From assembly GCF_009914755.1 (NCBI RefSeq), contig NC_060925.1: 64,000 nucleotides of DNA; one strand, written 5' to 3'. Under the pieces are notes generated by a model, which saw only the letters and a program-made list of their open reading frames with translations, was not told the origin of the DNA and made no database searches. Source of the stretch: the human T2T-CHM13v2.0 reference genome, Homo sapiens. Shown piece after piece: positions 60,518 to 64,000 of this stretch (positions within the stretch are counted from its first letter, which is position 1; each line of letters opens with the position of its first letter). The position numbers and the translations under genes were made by a program.

Positions 60518-60810
60518 TATGTTCTCACTCATAAGTGGGAGTTGAACAATGAGAACATATGGACACAGGGAAGGGAACACCACATACCAGGGCCTGTGGG
60601 CAGTTGCGGGGAGAAGGATGGGGGCAAGGGGAGGGAGAGCATTAGGACTAATACCTGATGCATGCGGGGCTTAAAACCTAGATGATGGGTTGATAGGTGC
60701 AGCAAACCACCATGGCACATGTATACCTATGTAACAAACCACATTCTGCACATGTATGCCAGAACTTAAAGTAAAAATAAAATAAAATTAAATTAAAATT
60801 AAAAATTTTT
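60518..60810 (+). mobile_element. 5'-truncated L1PA 3' end
   Basis: atgttctcactcataagtgggagttgaacaatgagaac...gaacttaaagtaaaa; TSD-like aaagcc(a/t)ggc(g/a)gt flanks. Confidence 0.9.
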
Positions 60811-60927
60811 AAAAAGCCTGGCAGTGAGGCGCTCCAGACTCGGCCTGCTGCTGCGTGTCCCTTAAACACACCGGCACATGCAACTAGTGTGGCCAAGACC
60901 CTCGGCTTGCGCTGACCCCTCTGTTCA

Positions 60928-60947
60928 GAACGTGCCCACACATGCCC
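60928..60947 (-). promoter_or_regulatory. p53/p63 response element upstream of S100A2
   Basis: GGGCATGTGT GGGCACGTTC (minus): two decamers, no spacer, ~2.1 kb upstream. S100A2 is an established p53/p63 target. Confidence 0.8.
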
Positions 60948-62219
60948 ATGCCCTCTATCCTGCTGAAATCCAACCCCCCCTTCAAAGGCCACTGCAGGGA
61001 GCCTTCCCAGGGCCCAACCGGATTCAGTGTCTACCTGTTCTGTCCTGTACAAAGCGCCCCTTTTGCCCTTTTCGTGTGTACTTAGAGAATTCTGATTTTG
61101 ACTGAATCACCTGTGTACTTGTTTTCTCTCAGCCTCACCCCCACATGGTGAGCTCACCGGTCTTACTCATTTCTGCATGAGGTAAGGGTCTCGCCCACAC
61201 CAGGTGCCAACCAGTGCTTACGGCTACCACATGGCAACAGGGGTCACTGGAGGAGTGCTTAGGAGCAAGGGAGTCCTTCTCACCCCGTGAAATCACACCA
61301 CTGACTATGCTACGAAATAATCACCTCTCCTCTGGATCCCAAGAGTGGAACCGAGACAACGGGTCGGAAAAGAGCTTCAGAGAGCTACAAATCCCTGAGG
61401 AGTGACAGCAGGAAACTGCGGCTCCCAGGACCCAGTGAGGGAGTTGAGCAAACCCCCCAGCGGGCAGAGACGGAGACAGGCAGGCAGACGAAGAAGACAA
61501 AGAGTCAGTCAGATGGAAAAGCCAGGGAGAAAAACAGAGACAGCAGCAGAGCCGCGGGTCACTAGGGTCAGCTCCTGAAGGCCTGTCCTTAATCAGGTGT
61601 CTCTGTCTCAGGAACTGAGGCTGCGACTGCGCCCATCAAATGGCCATATACCTGAGACTGGTGATAATCGTATTCATTTGCCACTAACTTGCTGCGTAAC
61701 CTTGGGCAACTCCCTCCCCCACGGCAGGGCAGGAGAGTTGTACGGAATGGCCCCTAGAGTCCGATCCCAATCCCACTCTCACATTCTCCAGCTGTCTACA
61801 AAGGCAGAGTAGTCAAGACACAAGCAGGCCCTGCGGACATCCAAAGCAGTGACTCTGCCCCGGCCCAGCCTCAGGAAGCTGGGTCCTCACATTCCGTCCA
61901 CCCCATCTCCGGGCTCCAGGTGCCAGAAATTTTCCACCAGCGGCCCCGCGGGATTTTGCCCAGCTGCTTCGTGCCCTCTGGTGGCTAAGGCGTGTCATTG
62001 CAGTGCCGGCCTCCTGTCATCCTCCCTTTCTTGTCCGCCAGACCCTCTGGCGCCCTGCTTACGACTCAAACAGGAGACAGTGCTGATTCATTTCCAAGCG
62101 GCCTTCCTACACCCACACCTGCTTCACATAGATGAGGTTTCCCGGACAGTCCCTGCCCAGAAGCCCAGGTGGATGTCTGAGACGGCAGCCAGATACCTGG
62201 AAGCCATTTTAAAAGCCTA

Positions 62220-62357
<138 letters not shown>

Positions 62358-63239
62358 GCAAGCCTAGAGATAAGGGCAGGAGAAAACCAGGGGACAGAAG
62401 TGAGGGATTGGCCACTGCCAAGTTCTGCCCACCCACCCCCTTTCCCCAGGCCGTTCAGGGGAAAGAGAAATGGCCTCATTGTGGGGGCCACAGGTTTAGT
62501 TTAAGTCCTGACATTGCCTCTGGCTTACTGTGTGACTGTCGACCTTGGTTGAGTGGTGCCACGAACCTGAGCTTAAACGTTTTCAGCAGAAGGACCCCCT
62601 TTATTATGCCCCGCCCCACAAAATAAGTTCTGAGGTATTCTGTCTTAGCAAAATGCATTAAATAATTTATTTCCCCTGTTGTACTAATTGGATCCATAAG
62701 TGTCTCCCGGCAGCATGACCAGCATGCGAGGACCCACGTTATCACATTGGGTTCAGGTCATCCTGGATTTGTCACTCACAATGGGCGTGTGCATATCCTT
62801 TGCTGGGGGGTGCAGACTGAAATTTTGAAGCACTCGCTGTGCGTCAGGTGCTCTCCGTACATTACCCCATTTAATTCACACAACAATCCCAGGAGTTGGA
62901 ATAAGATGACCCCACTTCACAGAGGAGAACACTGAGACTCAAAGTCTGCCAAATTCACACAATTAGTAAGGGGTGGGGAGGCATGACGAACACAGGTGGT
63001 CACAACGTTAAACCTTTCCTAGAAGCTCCAATTATTCCCCGATAACCCTGAGAGCCCTAACATTTCATTTCCATTCAGACCAGCCTCAGTCTCTCTGCCC
63101 ATCCTCTCTCCACCCCACACTCAGCCTATCTGTCTCATTTCTCAACCTCAGCAGGCGCCAGAAGCCCATCTTCTCCCCATCTCTGATTCTGGCATCTTTT
63201 CCTCTTGCCTTCAAATGCCCTGTGGACTGGATTCTTTTT

Positions 63240-63528
63240 AATTTTTGTTTACTTACTTATTTGAGACATAGACTCACTGTCGCCAAGGCTGGAGTACAGT
63301 GGCACCATCACAGCTCACTGCAGCCTCATGTGATCCTCCCACATTAACCTCCTCAGTAACTGGGGCTATAGGTGTGCGCCACTGTGCGCATCTTTTTGCA
63401 TCTTTTGTGGTGATGGAGTTTTGCCATCTTGCCCAGACGGGTCTTGAACTCTTGAGCTCAAGCAATCCTCCTGCCTCGGCCTCCCAAAGTGCTGGGATAC
63501 CAACGTGAGCCACCATGCCCAGCCTAGC
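63240..63528 (-). mobile_element. AluJ-like
   Basis: Reverse Alu consensus. Confidence 0.9.
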
Positions 63529-63554
63529 CCGGATTAAATATAAATATAAAAGAG

Positions 63555-63820
63555 ACTGGGCATGGTGGCTCACACCTGTAATCCCAGCATTTTGGGAGGC
63601 TGAGGCAGGCAGATCACCTGAAGCCAAGAGTTCAAGACCAGCCTGCCTAACATGGCAAAACCCCATCTCTACTAAAAATACAAAAATTAGTTGCGTGTGG
63701 TGGCGTGCACCTGTAATCCCACCTACTCAGGAGGCTGAAGCACGAGAATCGCTTGAACCCGGGAGGTGGAGGTTGCAGTGAGCTGAGTGACAGAGTGAGA
63801 CCCTGTCTCAAAAAAATAAT
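63555..63820 (+). mobile_element. AluS
   Basis: Alu consensus with an internal deletion. Confidence 0.92.
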
Positions 63821-64000
63821 AATACAATCAAATAAGCTTAAAAGAACCATTTCTCATTGTCCCACCTCCTCTTGGCTTCCCCTTTGCCACACATAACAAC
63901 ACCATCCACCCAATCACCCAAACCAGAAATGTGGCTGTCCTCCTGTCCTCTAGCCTCCTGCTTCCCCCGCTCTGCCCTCCAGATGTTGGCCAGTCAACCT

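Overview
Human genomic DNA from the S100 cluster of the epidermal differentiation complex (chr1q21.3). I identified it from five intact minus-strand genes in tandem whose spliced translations match the human proteins as I know them: S100A6 (90 aa), S100A5 (92 aa, plus an 18-aa N-terminally extended frame), S100A4 (101 aa), S100A3 (101 aa) and S100A2 (98 aa). Each gene has non-coding first exon(s), an exon for the pseudo-EF-hand, and an exon for the canonical EF-hand, joined by a phase-0 intron at the homologous position. Bases 1-25 kb show no recognisable gene and are rich in repeats: a solo LTR12C, MER4-group LTRs, a truncated ERV1 provirus with a second LTR nested in its 5' LTR, and L1 fragments. 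About 40 Alus are spread across the whole window. I found no new protein-coding gene and no wholly new system. The best leads are: (1) a uORF in the 49-nt S100A4 cassette exon whose stop codon is made by the splice junction; (2) a MIR-derived GC-donor cassette exon in S100A2 that would give a one-EF-hand isoform escaping NMD, next to inverted Alus; (3) a 19/20 p53 element in the nested LTR; (4) possible in-frame EF-hand-swapped read-through chimeras between neighbouring S100 genes; (5) a short inverted templated insertion copied from that nested LTR. Repeat subfamily names and repeat ends were judged by eye and are approximate.
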